A stretch of 64,000 nucleotides of DNA. It comes from Leptolyngbyaceae cyanobacterium (GTDB lineage: Bacteria > Cyanobacteriota > Cyanobacteriia > Phormidesmidales > Phormidesmidaceae). The notes under the pieces were generated by a model. It had not been told where the DNA came from and made no database searches. It saw nothing but the letters and a program-made list of their open reading frames with translations. Positions 10,601 to 20,028 of this stretch are shown piece after piece (position 1 is the stretch's first letter; every line of letters begins with the position of its first letter). The translations under genes and the position numbers were made by a program. Where the stretch lies: the NCBI GenBank assembly GCA_965263355.1, contig CBDHHL010000056.1:416001-480000 (forward strand), read 5' to 3'.

Positions 10601-11144
10601 GGAGGGCATTTATGCTCCTAGCTGGCGCTGGGAGTTTTACGGCAAATATGCTCTAAGAGCAACTAACGCCGATTTAGATTCCCTGGGTGTAACATCGTCC
10701 AATGCTATTCACTTGGCTCAATTTAGAGCCACCCATCGGTTCGCCTACCGTTGGGATGTCACTGGAGAAATCCGTTACATCACTCAACCGGAAACGAATT
10801 ATGACGAGGTTGGATTTGCCCTCGAAGCCGGTTACTATCTCACACCAGACCTGCGTTTGGGATTGGGGTATAGCTTTGGTAGCGTCAATGATCGTTCCTT
10901 GGGTGGTAGTGGCTATCGATCAGATGATGGCCCCTACATAGGAGTTACCTTTAAGGTCAATGAGCTTTGGGATCAGTTTGGTCTTCAGCAGATAGCCCCG
11001 GCACAACAAGAGGAGTCCCTGGTCGAGGCCGACGGTTCGCCACCACCCACTGCAGAACCGGTCAGTGTTGTTCCGACATCAAATCAAGTAACGGAAGTCC
11101 CACAGACAACAGTTCCACAGACAACTGACGGGGGTGAGGAGTAA
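7641..11144 (+). CDS. Large outer-membrane beta-barrel protein with N-terminal Ig-like (invasin Big-like) domain
   Basis: Signal peptide, PADGRSTLTL Ig-like motif, YPTYGDSS, many amphipathic beta-strands, terminal GPYIGVTFK strand. Starts in a TAATG overlap with the upstream stop. Confidence 0.75.
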   Translation: MMMRLLSNLLCLGLFTTLTGVVALLQPSQAAQGQATQGQAALSPIDIDADMAVGAETPHLLAQASDDLPDDLLDANTLPVAEDPGEAEGFIDETIIRSVPSHLPPLIQEELGDNLSLEIFPAAESFLPADGRSTLTLKGNILDENGNPVREDVVVTLTVSAGSFIGADYDIDRSGFQVLARQGEFEVELRSSLDAQTVTIRASASAREALGLVDDKDTSRKPAAELDGYTQVNFTTPYRPSLVAGVVDFRFGPGATNLWGRYADFLEPGELGEYDADLNAGIFATGTIGDWLLTAAFNSERALNERCNDNRLYRDVQSCEQTYPTYGDSSTTDFLTPSIDSFYVRFEQDSQIVGYEPNFFMWGDYDTDEFARFSQEFSALSRQLHGFKGNYTFGNGLQLTALYANNVRALQRDTIVPDGTSGYYFLSRRLVLAGSEDLFFEIEELNRPGTVIERVRLQRGIDYTIDYDRGAILFNSPVSAVDANPFGPALVRRIVATYQIDGDDDDGDLFGGRLQYNFDTSLESPSWIGASAIVENQGAQDFSLIGVDALVQLGDSGRLVAELARSSLDNPTVDEDGTAIRVEATGKITPDLAGTAYFRDADSGFRNEATTSFRAGQTRWGGQLGYNLSRDTQLQLQFDREENRGNEDLIPTATEQLLNPGLVRSDGATVNNSITTIRAGVQQQFGDLTGNLDWVYRDRNDRVTGTDVESSQISAGLTWPLAERLTFRAQSDIALSNEDDAYPGQTVVGLDWEVLPEITLRFAQRFFHDDDATPDALTTVDALVNYDLTDNTELTGRYSILGANNGMSGQGALGLNHRINLGPGLHADFGFQRIFGDSLSSITGGNQVIQPYAVGQSSASLGLVSGTTYTLGLEYTDNSDFQASARFEHRDSEDGDNTVVTASAAGKLSPALTTLARFEHANFSNQTITDRLNSSTSARLGLAYRNPKSDKFNALLSYEYAINPSSTPNSLLVGAGSDSIQEHTLAMEGIYAPSWRWEFYGKYALRATNADLDSLGVTSSNAIHLAQFRATHRFAYRWDVTGEIRYITQPETNYDEVGFALEAGYYLTPDLRLGLGYSFGSVNDRSLGGSGYRSDDGPYIGVTFKVNELWDQFGLQQIAPAQQEESLVEADGSPPPTAEPVSVVPTSNQVTEVPQTTVPQTTDGGEE

Positions 11145-13219
11145 TGAAATCAACTATGCAGGTATCGAAACTAGTCAGAACGGTCGCCCTGGCCGTTACG
11201 TTTCCCCTAACGGTCCACACGTCAATGGTTCAAGCCCAGCCAGAAACGGTTACCCCCTATTCCATTATTGTTAACTCAGCCAATGATGGCGTTGTGCGAC
11301 CCGACGATGAACTCACACTGCGGGAAGCCATTGAGGTGATCAATGGCACATTGCCATTGACCGCACTGAGCACAGCTGAACAGGCCCGGATCACACCAGC
11401 GGCTAGCCCGTCGATTAATTTTAGCTTGGCAGGTGATACTACCATTGCCCTGGTGGCACCATTGCCTCCCATTATGGCTCCAGGCACCCTGATAGATGGG
11501 TCCAGCCAACCTGGTTATGGCCCTGTTTCTACCACGGATACCATGGTTACTGCAGTGCCTACCCCCGTAGTGGCACTGACCCCAGCCACCGGATCTGAAG
11601 TGCTCCGTGGACTGACCATTACGGCTGATGAGGTAACGGTGCGCGGTCTCAGCCTGTATGGATTTTCGGCCAGACATCGCTCCACCCAAACGACGCCCCC
11701 AGCCGATATTCTGATTACCCACCTGGCACCACCTGTAGACGCAGGTCTACCTGACCCTCCAGGCTGGCGAACGTTGCGGCCTGATGAAGACTCCAATGCC
11801 CCTGTGGGTGTAGTGATTGAGGATAACTGGTTAGGTATGTCGCCAACGGGACAAATGCCACCTGAAGAGCAGATGTCTGCCCTGGGTGTGTTTGTTTTTA
11901 ACGGTCTGGATACGGTGATCCAACGTAATCGAATTGAGTTTCATGAGGGCAGCGGTATCATTACGGGAGCCCAGGCCATGGGCATGGAGGTTACGGAAAA
12001 TACGATGCGGGCGAACGGTGTGGCTGGAATCCCCGATGCCATTCGTTTGGATGGCAACATTGATGGCACTGAAATTTATGGCAACTTGATGTGCGGCACC
12101 GATGGTAGTGGTGTGTTTATGTTTAAGCCTCAGGGTGCTGCCCGAATTTACAGTAACGATATTCGATTTAATGGGCGACGCTTTAGACGGGCTGCGGTCT
12201 ATCTTATGGGTAATGGCCATGAGGTGACTGATAATGTGATTCAGCATCAGCCAGGTCCGGGAGTTGCGATCGCATCCTATCCTCGCAGTGAAGGCAACGT
12301 TATTCGCAACAATACCTTTGCGGCTCTCGATGGCCTCAGCGTAGACCTGGGCCATAACGACAACAGCGGCATTCAAGATTTTCAGCGAAAAGACGGCCCC
12401 AACCCACCCCGCAATTCCTCGATGCGGCGTCGGGATACGGCCAATGGCTCGATCAACGCTCCGGAATTTGATGACTATGTCTTCCCAGTAAGCAATGGTC
12501 AAGTCACCTTAAGTGGTATCGCCGATCCGGGAACTGCCATTGACATCTATAAAGTTGTGGATCGCCAAGGGTACTACGGTGCCCTCAACGAATATGTGAC
12601 CACCGTATCTGCAGACGCAACCGGCAGTTTTATTGTAGAAGTCAATGTTCCGGACGGTACGTTACTCAGTGCGATCGCCACTGATGACGTTTACGGCACC
12701 TCGGAACCCTCGGCCATCACTGGTGTTGGTACCCTGGGAGATGGGCCAACAACCCCCGCCATGCCAAGTTGTGAAATTGCTCAAGAGCCCCCAGAACCCG
12801 CTCCGGAACTGCCGCCAGATCCAGTGATTTTACGAATTCCTCGCAACATTCACTTTGCCCTCGATAAGTCAGACATCTCTCCTGAGTCTGCCACCATCAT
12901 GGATGAGATTATCGCTGTTTTACTAGAATATCCATTTATTACCGTTGAGTTACAGGGACACACCGATCCTCGCGCTAGCAATGCTTATAACCAGGCCCTG
13001 GGTGAACGGAGGGCTTTGGCAGCGAGAAACTATCTGCTTCAGCGGGGGATTGCCCCAGAGCGCATGCGAATTCGCTCCTTTGGTGAAACACAACGGGTAT
13101 CTAGCGGTTCTGGACGCATTGATTATGCCCGCGATCGTCGCACTGAGTTTATCTTTACCGATACTCGCGGTCTCGACATCATCTACGAAAACTTGGAAAC
13201 AGATTTACAGCTCGAATAA
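11144..13219 (+). CDS. Right-handed beta-helix protein with C-terminal OmpA-like peptidoglycan-binding domain
   Basis: Signal peptide, LTLREAI (CSLREA-like), parallel beta-helix repeats, IHFALDKS...GHTDPRASNAYNQALGERRA...RRTEF. TAATG overlap with the upstream gene. Confidence 0.85.
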   Translation: MKSTMQVSKLVRTVALAVTFPLTVHTSMVQAQPETVTPYSIIVNSANDGVVRPDDELTLREAIEVINGTLPLTALSTAEQARITPAASPSINFSLAGDTTIALVAPLPPIMAPGTLIDGSSQPGYGPVSTTDTMVTAVPTPVVALTPATGSEVLRGLTITADEVTVRGLSLYGFSARHRSTQTTPPADILITHLAPPVDAGLPDPPGWRTLRPDEDSNAPVGVVIEDNWLGMSPTGQMPPEEQMSALGVFVFNGLDTVIQRNRIEFHEGSGIITGAQAMGMEVTENTMRANGVAGIPDAIRLDGNIDGTEIYGNLMCGTDGSGVFMFKPQGAARIYSNDIRFNGRRFRRAAVYLMGNGHEVTDNVIQHQPGPGVAIASYPRSEGNVIRNNTFAALDGLSVDLGHNDNSGIQDFQRKDGPNPPRNSSMRRRDTANGSINAPEFDDYVFPVSNGQVTLSGIADPGTAIDIYKVVDRQGYYGALNEYVTTVSADATGSFIVEVNVPDGTLLSAIATDDVYGTSEPSAITGVGTLGDGPTTPAMPSCEIAQEPPEPAPELPPDPVILRIPRNIHFALDKSDISPESATIMDEIIAVLLEYPFITVELQGHTDPRASNAYNQALGERRALAARNYLLQRGIAPERMRIRSFGETQRVSSGSGRIDYARDRRTEFIFTDTRGLDIIYENLETDLQLE

Positions 13220-13369
13220 GGCCTGTGTTGGCTTGCTCATTTGTTAGACCAATCTGTCAGTAACAGTAGAGAACTAGTAGAGAATTCAGCCGTGAAATTT
13301 TGTCATAACCACTTAAAGCAACTGTTCTTGCAAGGCCTTCCTTTCACTGGTAAAGGCTATTTCAAGCAA

Positions 13370-16300
13370 ATGCCAAGCCATGGGAAACTAGCCCAGCCCC
13401 TGGCTTGGAGTCTTCCCCTTATCAGTATCCTGGCCAGTGCGCCCACTGCCTTAGCTCAAGTCAATGTCTCATTAGACTGGGATACCGTTGACTTTCCCGT
13501 AACAGGTTCAGAGATCTACACCGATGTTGGGGGTAGTGGTGTTGATGTACAGATCTCGGTAACGGGGGCTGTTACAGGTAACGGTAACCCTAACCTTAAC
13601 TTGGGGGATTCTGGCTTCGTCACAACGACTCCATTCACTGCAGGCGATCCACCGGTTACACCAGGTGCCGTAGAAACCCTGCTTGTCGGTATTGAAGGCG
13701 GCTCCGAAGCAGTTGTTACCATCGAGTTTTTTGAAACTGGCACAACAACTCCTGTTGACGTTGATCTGGCCTCTATTCCCCTGTTTGATGTTGATCTTCT
13801 GTTTAATAGTAATAATGTAGTTAGCTGGCAGGATGAAGTTGAAGTATCGGCTTCATCAGGAGGAGTAGCTGCTGACATTACAACTAGTGATGGTGCTGGT
13901 GCGAATGAAGGGTCATTTAATGCAGAGACTGCTGGAGCTGATTCAGTCACTCTGATTGGATTTAATACCATCGATGATCCCGGTATACCAGCTGCTCCGA
14001 GTGTAAATGCTAATTCACCAAGACAACCACTTCGAACTACGCCAACAACCATTGGTGAGTTTCAACAGGGCAATGCTACCGTTAACTTTCCCGGTGAAGT
14101 CGATACAATTACCATTGTGTTTCGTGATGGTCCAGCCACTCCTACAGGATCGGGGAATTTCCATGCGATCGCTATCGGTGATATTTCCTTCACCGCCAAC
14201 CTGACACCAGCAACTCCCTCTATCGGTATTGCTAAAGAGATTGACGGCGTACCCACCGAGACGGCTACTCCTGGAATCTTTGAGCTGACCTACAACCTAA
14301 CCATTGCAAATACGGGCAGTGAAGCTCTGAATACCGTCCAGATTGTCGAAGACTTTATCGACCCGATTACCGGTGGACCTACCTTTGGTCCTGGTAATAT
14401 CATTTCTTCAACCATCGGGACAGTTATACCCACTGGTGGCGCTATTATCGAAACTAACGACGCCTACAACGTCGCAGCCACTGGTGTAGCCAACGCTAAT
14501 GTCCTAGTCGCCGCTAACTCCAGCCTACCCGTTGGGGCCAGCGCGACAATTCCCATCACGATCCAAGTAGATACCACTCAGCCTGATTTCCCACCTGATG
14601 GAGGCGACGGCTATAACAACCAGGCCACCGTTACTGCAATAGGAGAAAGTGGTACTCCGGCCCCACCGGATGACTCAGATAATGGCACCGAGCCAGACCC
14701 TAATGGTAACGGAGATCCAACGGAAGACGGTGAAAATGACCCCACCCCTGCATCCTTTGCCTTTGCACCGGCCATTGGTCTGGCTAAACAGGTTGCTTCC
14801 CCCCCTACGCCAGCCGCCACGCCGGGTTTCTTTAACATTACCTATCTGCTAACGGTGGAAAACCTGGGTAACGAACAATTGGATGAGGTACAGATTGTCG
14901 AAGACTTTATCGATCCCCTGACTGCTTTACCTACCTTTGGTCCTGGCAATATTACTGTTTCAAATATTGGAACAATTACCAATAACGGTGGTGGCACCTT
15001 AACCCTCAATCCTGACTACAACGCTACTGCTACGGGCACTGCTAATAGCGATGTCCTGGCCACTGGAGGAAGTCTGCCCATCGGGGCCAGTGCGACGATT
15101 CCCATCGTTATTCAAGTAGACACCACTCAGCTCGACTTTCCAGACGATACCGCTGGTGATGGCTTTAACAACCAGGCCACAGCGTCTGGAACTGGTGCCA
15201 ATAGTGGAGAAGGGGTAGAGGATGAGTCAGATGATGGTACCGAGCCAGATTCGGATGGTAACGGCAGTGCAGATGATCCAGGTGAGGATGATCCCACCCC
15301 AGTCACCTTTGAGACTGAACCCGCTGTCGGTATAGCGAAACAGATTGCCGACGGACCAACCGAAACGACTACTCCCGGCATCTTTGAGCTGACCTACAAC
15401 CTAACCATTGAAAATACAGGCACTGAAGCCCTAGATGCTGTCCAAATAGATGAACCCTTCTTTGACCCGATTACCAATGGGCCCACATTTGGCCCTGACA
15501 ATATTGTGTCTTCAACCATCGGGACGGTCATACCCAGTGGTGGCGCTGTTATCGAAACTAACGACAACTACAACGTATCAGCCACTGGCCCCACCGATAC
15601 CAGTGTCTTGGTGGAAGCTAGCTCCAGCCTACCCTTGGGTGCCAGTGCGACGATTCCCATTACAATACAGGTAGATATTACTCAGCCTGATTTCCCAGCT
15701 GATGGGGGAGACGGATATAACAACCAGGCAACCGTTACTGGAACGGGAGAAAGTGGCAATCCAGCACCACCGGATCTGTCGGACGATGGCACCGAGCCAG
15801 ACCCAAATAACAACGGTGATCCAACGGAAGACGGTGAAAATGATCCCACACCCGCATCCTTTGATTTGACGCCTGCCATTGGTGTGTCTAAACGAGTAAT
15901 CTCTGCCACTACTCAGCCAGATGGTGACTTTGAGGTGGTTTATGAAACAACCGTTGAGAACCTGGGTCAAGTCACCTTAACTGATGTGCAATTGGTGGAA
16001 GATCTAGATGACACCTATGGAGAGGGGGCCTTTCAGATTATTTCAACCCCTGACTTCACACCACGTGGCACGGTAGATGAAGTCGAACTTGAAGTAAATG
16101 ACAACTTTGACGGTGATGCTCCCAACGGTATTCCCGGTGATACCAATATCATTTTGCCAACGGGACAAACTTTGCAGCCAGGTCAAAATTCTACATTCCA
16201 ATTCACGGTTGAAATTGATAACGACTTAATCGTCACACCTGACGAGTTTGAAAACCAAATCGAAGCCAGTGGTCTACCTCCTGGTGCAACCACTGATGCT

Positions 16301-17560
16301 GAACGCGTTCGTGACTTGTCTGACGACGGTGTGGAAACAGACGAAAATCCCAACGATGGACAACCCGGTAATGGACCTAACGAAGATGATCCGACTGTCG
16401 TGGCTCTACCGCCAACCCCGGTTATCGGTTCTGCTAAACAGACAGTGTCAGCGTTGGTTGAATCGGCTGGAACCTTTGGTACTAATACGGCTCGGATAAC
16501 CTATGACATTATCGTGGCTAACATTGGTAATGTTCCTTTGTTAGAGGTTCAGTTAGAAGAGGATCTCAGTGAAGTATTTGGTCCGGCAGATACGTTTGAG
16601 GTTGTCAGTATTACCCGGATCGGTGGTGCTAATACAGTACAGGTAGATCCTGGCTTTGACGGTGTTAACGGCGGTAATACAACATTACTGGCAGATGTAG
16701 CTGGTACTGCAACAGGTACATTGGCCGTTGGCGCATCCAGTACTTTACAGCTAGTGGTGGATGTTGACTTTAGCAGTCCCAATCTGATTACGCCTGTACC
16801 AGGCCCCTATCTAAATCAGGTGATCGCGACGGCTACTGATGATCCGAATGATCCCCCTGGCACTCCTCCTGTCACGTCTGACCCATCTGATAGTGGTATG
16901 GATGTTGATCCAGATGGAGATGGTAATCCCAATGAAGACAATGGTGTGGACCCAGATCCAGAGAATCCAGAGAATGACGGTAATGAAAATACGCCGACAC
17001 AGGTCACATTTACCCCTGATTTACGGCTGGTCAAACGCATTACTCGGGTAACTCGAAATGGCACAGAGCTGGCAATTGCAAACATTGGCTTATTTAATGA
17101 TCAAGCTAGCGACACCAACGATAATGCGTTGGCAACACTATCGGGTGATAATTTCCCCCTAGGACGAGCAGATATCACCGATGTGTCTTTACAGTCTGGT
17201 GATCTTGTTGAGTACACTGTCTACTTCTTTAACGCGGGTGTTGGTGTCGCTGAAAATGTGGAGATGTGTGATGAACTACAAGTACCGAGCGTCTTACAGC
17301 CCACTAGTTTACAGTTGGCTCAACCCACTGATGGTTCTACTCTAAACTTCTCTAATATTGGACCTCTGTCTGCAAGAGCACCTTTATCTCCTTTGGAGCC
17401 TTCTTGTGAGACGGCACCTGGAACATTTCCATCAGGTGTACCTTCAGGAGGTTTGGGCGTTGGTGCGGGTGGCGGAGTCGTCGTTGGGGGGCCTGAGTCT
17501 GGGCTTAACGTTAATAGCGGCGAAGTGGGTGCGTTTCGGTTTGAAATTGAGATTCCATAA
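13370..17560 (+). CDS. Large acidic surface protein / adhesin with five ~185-aa Ig-like modules and a terminal DUF11 domain (track ORF starts at 13241)
   Basis: Signal peptide ending ALA|Q after ATG 13370. Repeated PxIGxAK...YxxTxxNxG...NQ...DDG modules with Asp-rich loops. Terminal GDLVEYTVYFFNAG. Confidence 0.85.
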   Translation: MPSHGKLAQPLAWSLPLISILASAPTALAQVNVSLDWDTVDFPVTGSEIYTDVGGSGVDVQISVTGAVTGNGNPNLNLGDSGFVTTTPFTAGDPPVTPGAVETLLVGIEGGSEAVVTIEFFETGTTTPVDVDLASIPLFDVDLLFNSNNVVSWQDEVEVSASSGGVAADITTSDGAGANEGSFNAETAGADSVTLIGFNTIDDPGIPAAPSVNANSPRQPLRTTPTTIGEFQQGNATVNFPGEVDTITIVFRDGPATPTGSGNFHAIAIGDISFTANLTPATPSIGIAKEIDGVPTETATPGIFELTYNLTIANTGSEALNTVQIVEDFIDPITGGPTFGPGNIISSTIGTVIPTGGAIIETNDAYNVAATGVANANVLVAANSSLPVGASATIPITIQVDTTQPDFPPDGGDGYNNQATVTAIGESGTPAPPDDSDNGTEPDPNGNGDPTEDGENDPTPASFAFAPAIGLAKQVASPPTPAATPGFFNITYLLTVENLGNEQLDEVQIVEDFIDPLTALPTFGPGNITVSNIGTITNNGGGTLTLNPDYNATATGTANSDVLATGGSLPIGASATIPIVIQVDTTQLDFPDDTAGDGFNNQATASGTGANSGEGVEDESDDGTEPDSDGNGSADDPGEDDPTPVTFETEPAVGIAKQIADGPTETTTPGIFELTYNLTIENTGTEALDAVQIDEPFFDPITNGPTFGPDNIVSSTIGTVIPSGGAVIETNDNYNVSATGPTDTSVLVEASSSLPLGASATIPITIQVDITQPDFPADGGDGYNNQATVTGTGESGNPAPPDLSDDGTEPDPNNNGDPTEDGENDPTPASFDLTPAIGVSKRVISATTQPDGDFEVVYETTVENLGQVTLTDVQLVEDLDDTYGEGAFQIISTPDFTPRGTVDEVELEVNDNFDGDAPNGIPGDTNIILPTGQTLQPGQNSTFQFTVEIDNDLIVTPDEFENQIEASGLPPGATTDAERVRDLSDDGVETDENPNDGQPGNGPNEDDPTVVALPPTPVIGSAKQTVSALVESAGTFGTNTARITYDIIVANIGNVPLLEVQLEEDLSEVFGPADTFEVVSITRIGGANTVQVDPGFDGVNGGNTTLLADVAGTATGTLAVGASSTLQLVVDVDFSSPNLITPVPGPYLNQVIATATDDPNDPPGTPPVTSDPSDSGMDVDPDGDGNPNEDNGVDPDPENPENDGNENTPTQVTFTPDLRLVKRITRVTRNGTELAIANIGLFNDQASDTNDNALATLSGDNFPLGRADITDVSLQSGDLVEYTVYFFNAGVGVAENVEMCDELQVPSVLQPTSLQLAQPTDGSTLNFSNIGPLSARAPLSPLEPSCETAPGTFPSGVPSGGLGVGAGGGVVVGGPESGLNVNSGEVGAFRFEIEIP

Positions 17561-17645
17561 GATACCCTACTTTCAATCATCCATCAGCCCTCTAACATTG
17601 GTTTATTGAATGTTAGAGGGCTATTTTCTGGAGGTCCACATTATT

Positions 17646-18863
17646 ATGGTCTTCTCAAAACGTAAACGCCTGTTAATTTGTGGGTTCTATGGCCATTACA
17701 ATTTAGGCGATGAAGCCATGTTGGCAGGTATGCTTGGCTTGCTCAAACACTGTCTTGGTGCTGATTATCTCCAGCAGATCACTGTTTATTCCAATGATCC
17801 AGAGGATACAACCAAACACCATGGTGTTGCTACGTTACGTAACCAGTTTCCCCGTCGTCGTCGTGAAAAGTGGATAAAGTGGGCTGAACATACACTGGCA
17901 TTATGGCAACACCAATTTTTTATCTTGGGGGGAGGTGACTTACTGAGGGACTCGCCTGGGCGGGAGGTGGCTACTGTGTGGTTAAAGCCGCTTCAGCGAG
18001 CGATGGCTTTTGGTTGTCGTACCATTGTTTTGGGCATTAGTGTAGGGGAGGTTTGGAAGCCTCAGACAAAGAGCGCCATTGTTAACACTTTAAATCAAGT
18101 AACGTTGATCGCTGTGCGTGATCAACAGTCTCAGAGGCAACTAAAGCAAATGGGGGTGACTTGTCCTATCTACGTGTCGAGTGATTTAGCACTGCATATA
18201 ACGCCTACCCAATTACGCTCGAGGTCTCAAGCAGCGTTACCTACATCAGACTTTAATATTTCTGCGCCTAATGTAGGCATTTCTATACGGTCTTTATTGG
18301 GGCGTACGCCAGAACTCGATCACAGTATTGAGCAGCAGTTTTATCAGGAAATGGCCAAGGTCATTGATTATTTGATTGAAGTGAAGGGAGCAACGGTTTC
18401 AATGTTGCCGTTTCAAACCCATCCCCCTAGCTATAAGTCTCAGCACCGCCCTACGGATAATGATGAAGATGCGATCGCAACCGTATTGTCTTACTGTCAA
18501 CACCGACAGCGGGTAAGTGTCCACAGACCATTTGATTCTGTGGCACAGGCTATCGATACATTGAAGTCGTTTGACTTAGTCATTGGCACTCGCCTGCATT
18601 CCCTTGTGCTAGCTGCATTGTCGGGCATTCCCCTATTGGCCGCTGTTTATGATAAGAAGGTGTCTGGGTTTATGGCAGAAATTGACCAACAGATCAACAG
18701 TATTGCAGTGCAGCAGTTTACCTTGGCAACCGTTAAACCTCGCCTTGACGATCTATTGACCCATCACCAGCAAAATCATCATAGAATTGTGCAGATGGTT
18801 GAGCAATATCGTCGGAAGACGGATCCTGTTTTAGAAAAGCTATCTCAACTCCTGGGGAGCTGA
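17646..18863 (+). CDS. Polysaccharide pyruvyl transferase family protein (CsaB/WcaK-like; alternative start 17610)
   Basis: GFYGHYNLGDEAM, GGGDLL, VRDQQS, SDLA, GTRLHS, YDKKV. Confidence 0.88.
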   Translation: MVFSKRKRLLICGFYGHYNLGDEAMLAGMLGLLKHCLGADYLQQITVYSNDPEDTTKHHGVATLRNQFPRRRREKWIKWAEHTLALWQHQFFILGGGDLLRDSPGREVATVWLKPLQRAMAFGCRTIVLGISVGEVWKPQTKSAIVNTLNQVTLIAVRDQQSQRQLKQMGVTCPIYVSSDLALHITPTQLRSRSQAALPTSDFNISAPNVGISIRSLLGRTPELDHSIEQQFYQEMAKVIDYLIEVKGATVSMLPFQTHPPSYKSQHRPTDNDEDAIATVLSYCQHRQRVSVHRPFDSVAQAIDTLKSFDLVIGTRLHSLVLAALSGIPLLAAVYDKKVSGFMAEIDQQINSIAVQQFTLATVKPRLDDLLTHHQQNHHRIVQMVEQYRRKTDPVLEKLSQLLGS

Positions 18864-18864
18864 A

Positions 18865-19854
18865 ATGAGTCATTTTTCTAGCACGCCCATATTTATTGTC
18901 GGGATGCCTCGTTCTGGAACAACGCTTCTGACTAGTATGTTGTCGGCCCATCCTAGGATTGCGATCGCCCCAGAAACCCACTATCTCTCCTATTGGATAC
19001 GGGAGTATAAAAACCTAAATCTCTCTTCTCCAAAAGACTTTGACCATTTTTGGCAAGCTATCAGCCGTAGTCTGCGGTTCTCATATTTTGGTATCAGTGC
19101 TAACAAAACCCGAAATCGCATCTTAGCCAAAGGTTTACCGTCACACCAGCATATTTTGTCAGGCTGGTTAGAAGAGTATGCCAACAGTTTCCATAAGCCA
19201 CGTTGGGGTGAAAAGACGCCACTACACTATCAAAACCTGGAGCAAATACTCACCTGGTTTCCCAATGCTCAGGTTATATGGATGCTGCGAGACCCAAGAG
19301 CGGTCGCTGCATCTCTCCAAAAAGTCCCTTGGGCTAGTAATTATATTCATATCCATGCCCAGCAGTGGCAACAAAGCCTGATTAAGTTTGAACAAAACTG
19401 GCAAAGCGATCCACGCATCCATCTATTGCACTATGAAAAACTCGTACAACAACCTGAAAAATACCTCACAGCATTATGCCAATTTCTCGGCGAAACCTAT
19501 ACGCCTGATATGTTAACAGCACGCTCCGAAGCCCATACTCCCCTGATCAATCGTCAGGGTTGGGCGCTTCAGCATCTACAATCAGCCCTACAACCCATCT
19601 CAGCTAACGCTATCAATAAATGGCATCACGATCTCACCAAACACCAGATTGAGATTATTGACTTGCTCACCTTTCCCCATGCAGCTAACTATGGCTACAT
19701 GGCAAACACATCAACCCTCGGTACCCATGCCCGCTTAACATTAACAATAGAAAGGCTGCGGGTAAAACTCGATCGTAAGCTTACACATTGGCGAACAAAA
19801 TTACTTAAACGGTCCAAGCAAACAGCAAAATACATTGGTGCAGACCCTGAATAA
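18865..19854 (+). CDS. PAPS-dependent sulfotransferase (Sulfotransfer_3-like)
   Basis: FIVGMPRSGTTLL (5'-PSB), WGEKTP, RDPRAVAAS (3'-PB), YEKLV. Confidence 0.9.
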   Translation: MSHFSSTPIFIVGMPRSGTTLLTSMLSAHPRIAIAPETHYLSYWIREYKNLNLSSPKDFDHFWQAISRSLRFSYFGISANKTRNRILAKGLPSHQHILSGWLEEYANSFHKPRWGEKTPLHYQNLEQILTWFPNAQVIWMLRDPRAVAASLQKVPWASNYIHIHAQQWQQSLIKFEQNWQSDPRIHLLHYEKLVQQPEKYLTALCQFLGETYTPDMLTARSEAHTPLINRQGWALQHLQSALQPISANAINKWHHDLTKHQIEIIDLLTFPHAANYGYMANTSTLGTHARLTLTIERLRVKLDRKLTHWRTKLLKRSKQTAKYIGADPE

Positions 19855-20028
19855 GCAACCTCAGGTTTGGAAATATGGTTAATTGAGCAATAGCCCTGTG
19901 CCTATAGGCTCCAATATCCCTTAAAAAGGGTTAGCATCTGGACTTATAGGGTCTAATGTCCTATCATTAGAATTGAAAATATTGTTGTTGCCAAAAATGC
20001 AGTTGTTCAATGGGTGCATTTAAAGTGA

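Noticed and set aside
11257..17609. Many minus-strand and off-frame ORFs inside the OmpA and adhesin genes
   Set aside because: Shadow frames of long biased coding sequence with no recognisable motifs; the same applies to the other short nested ORFs in the track.
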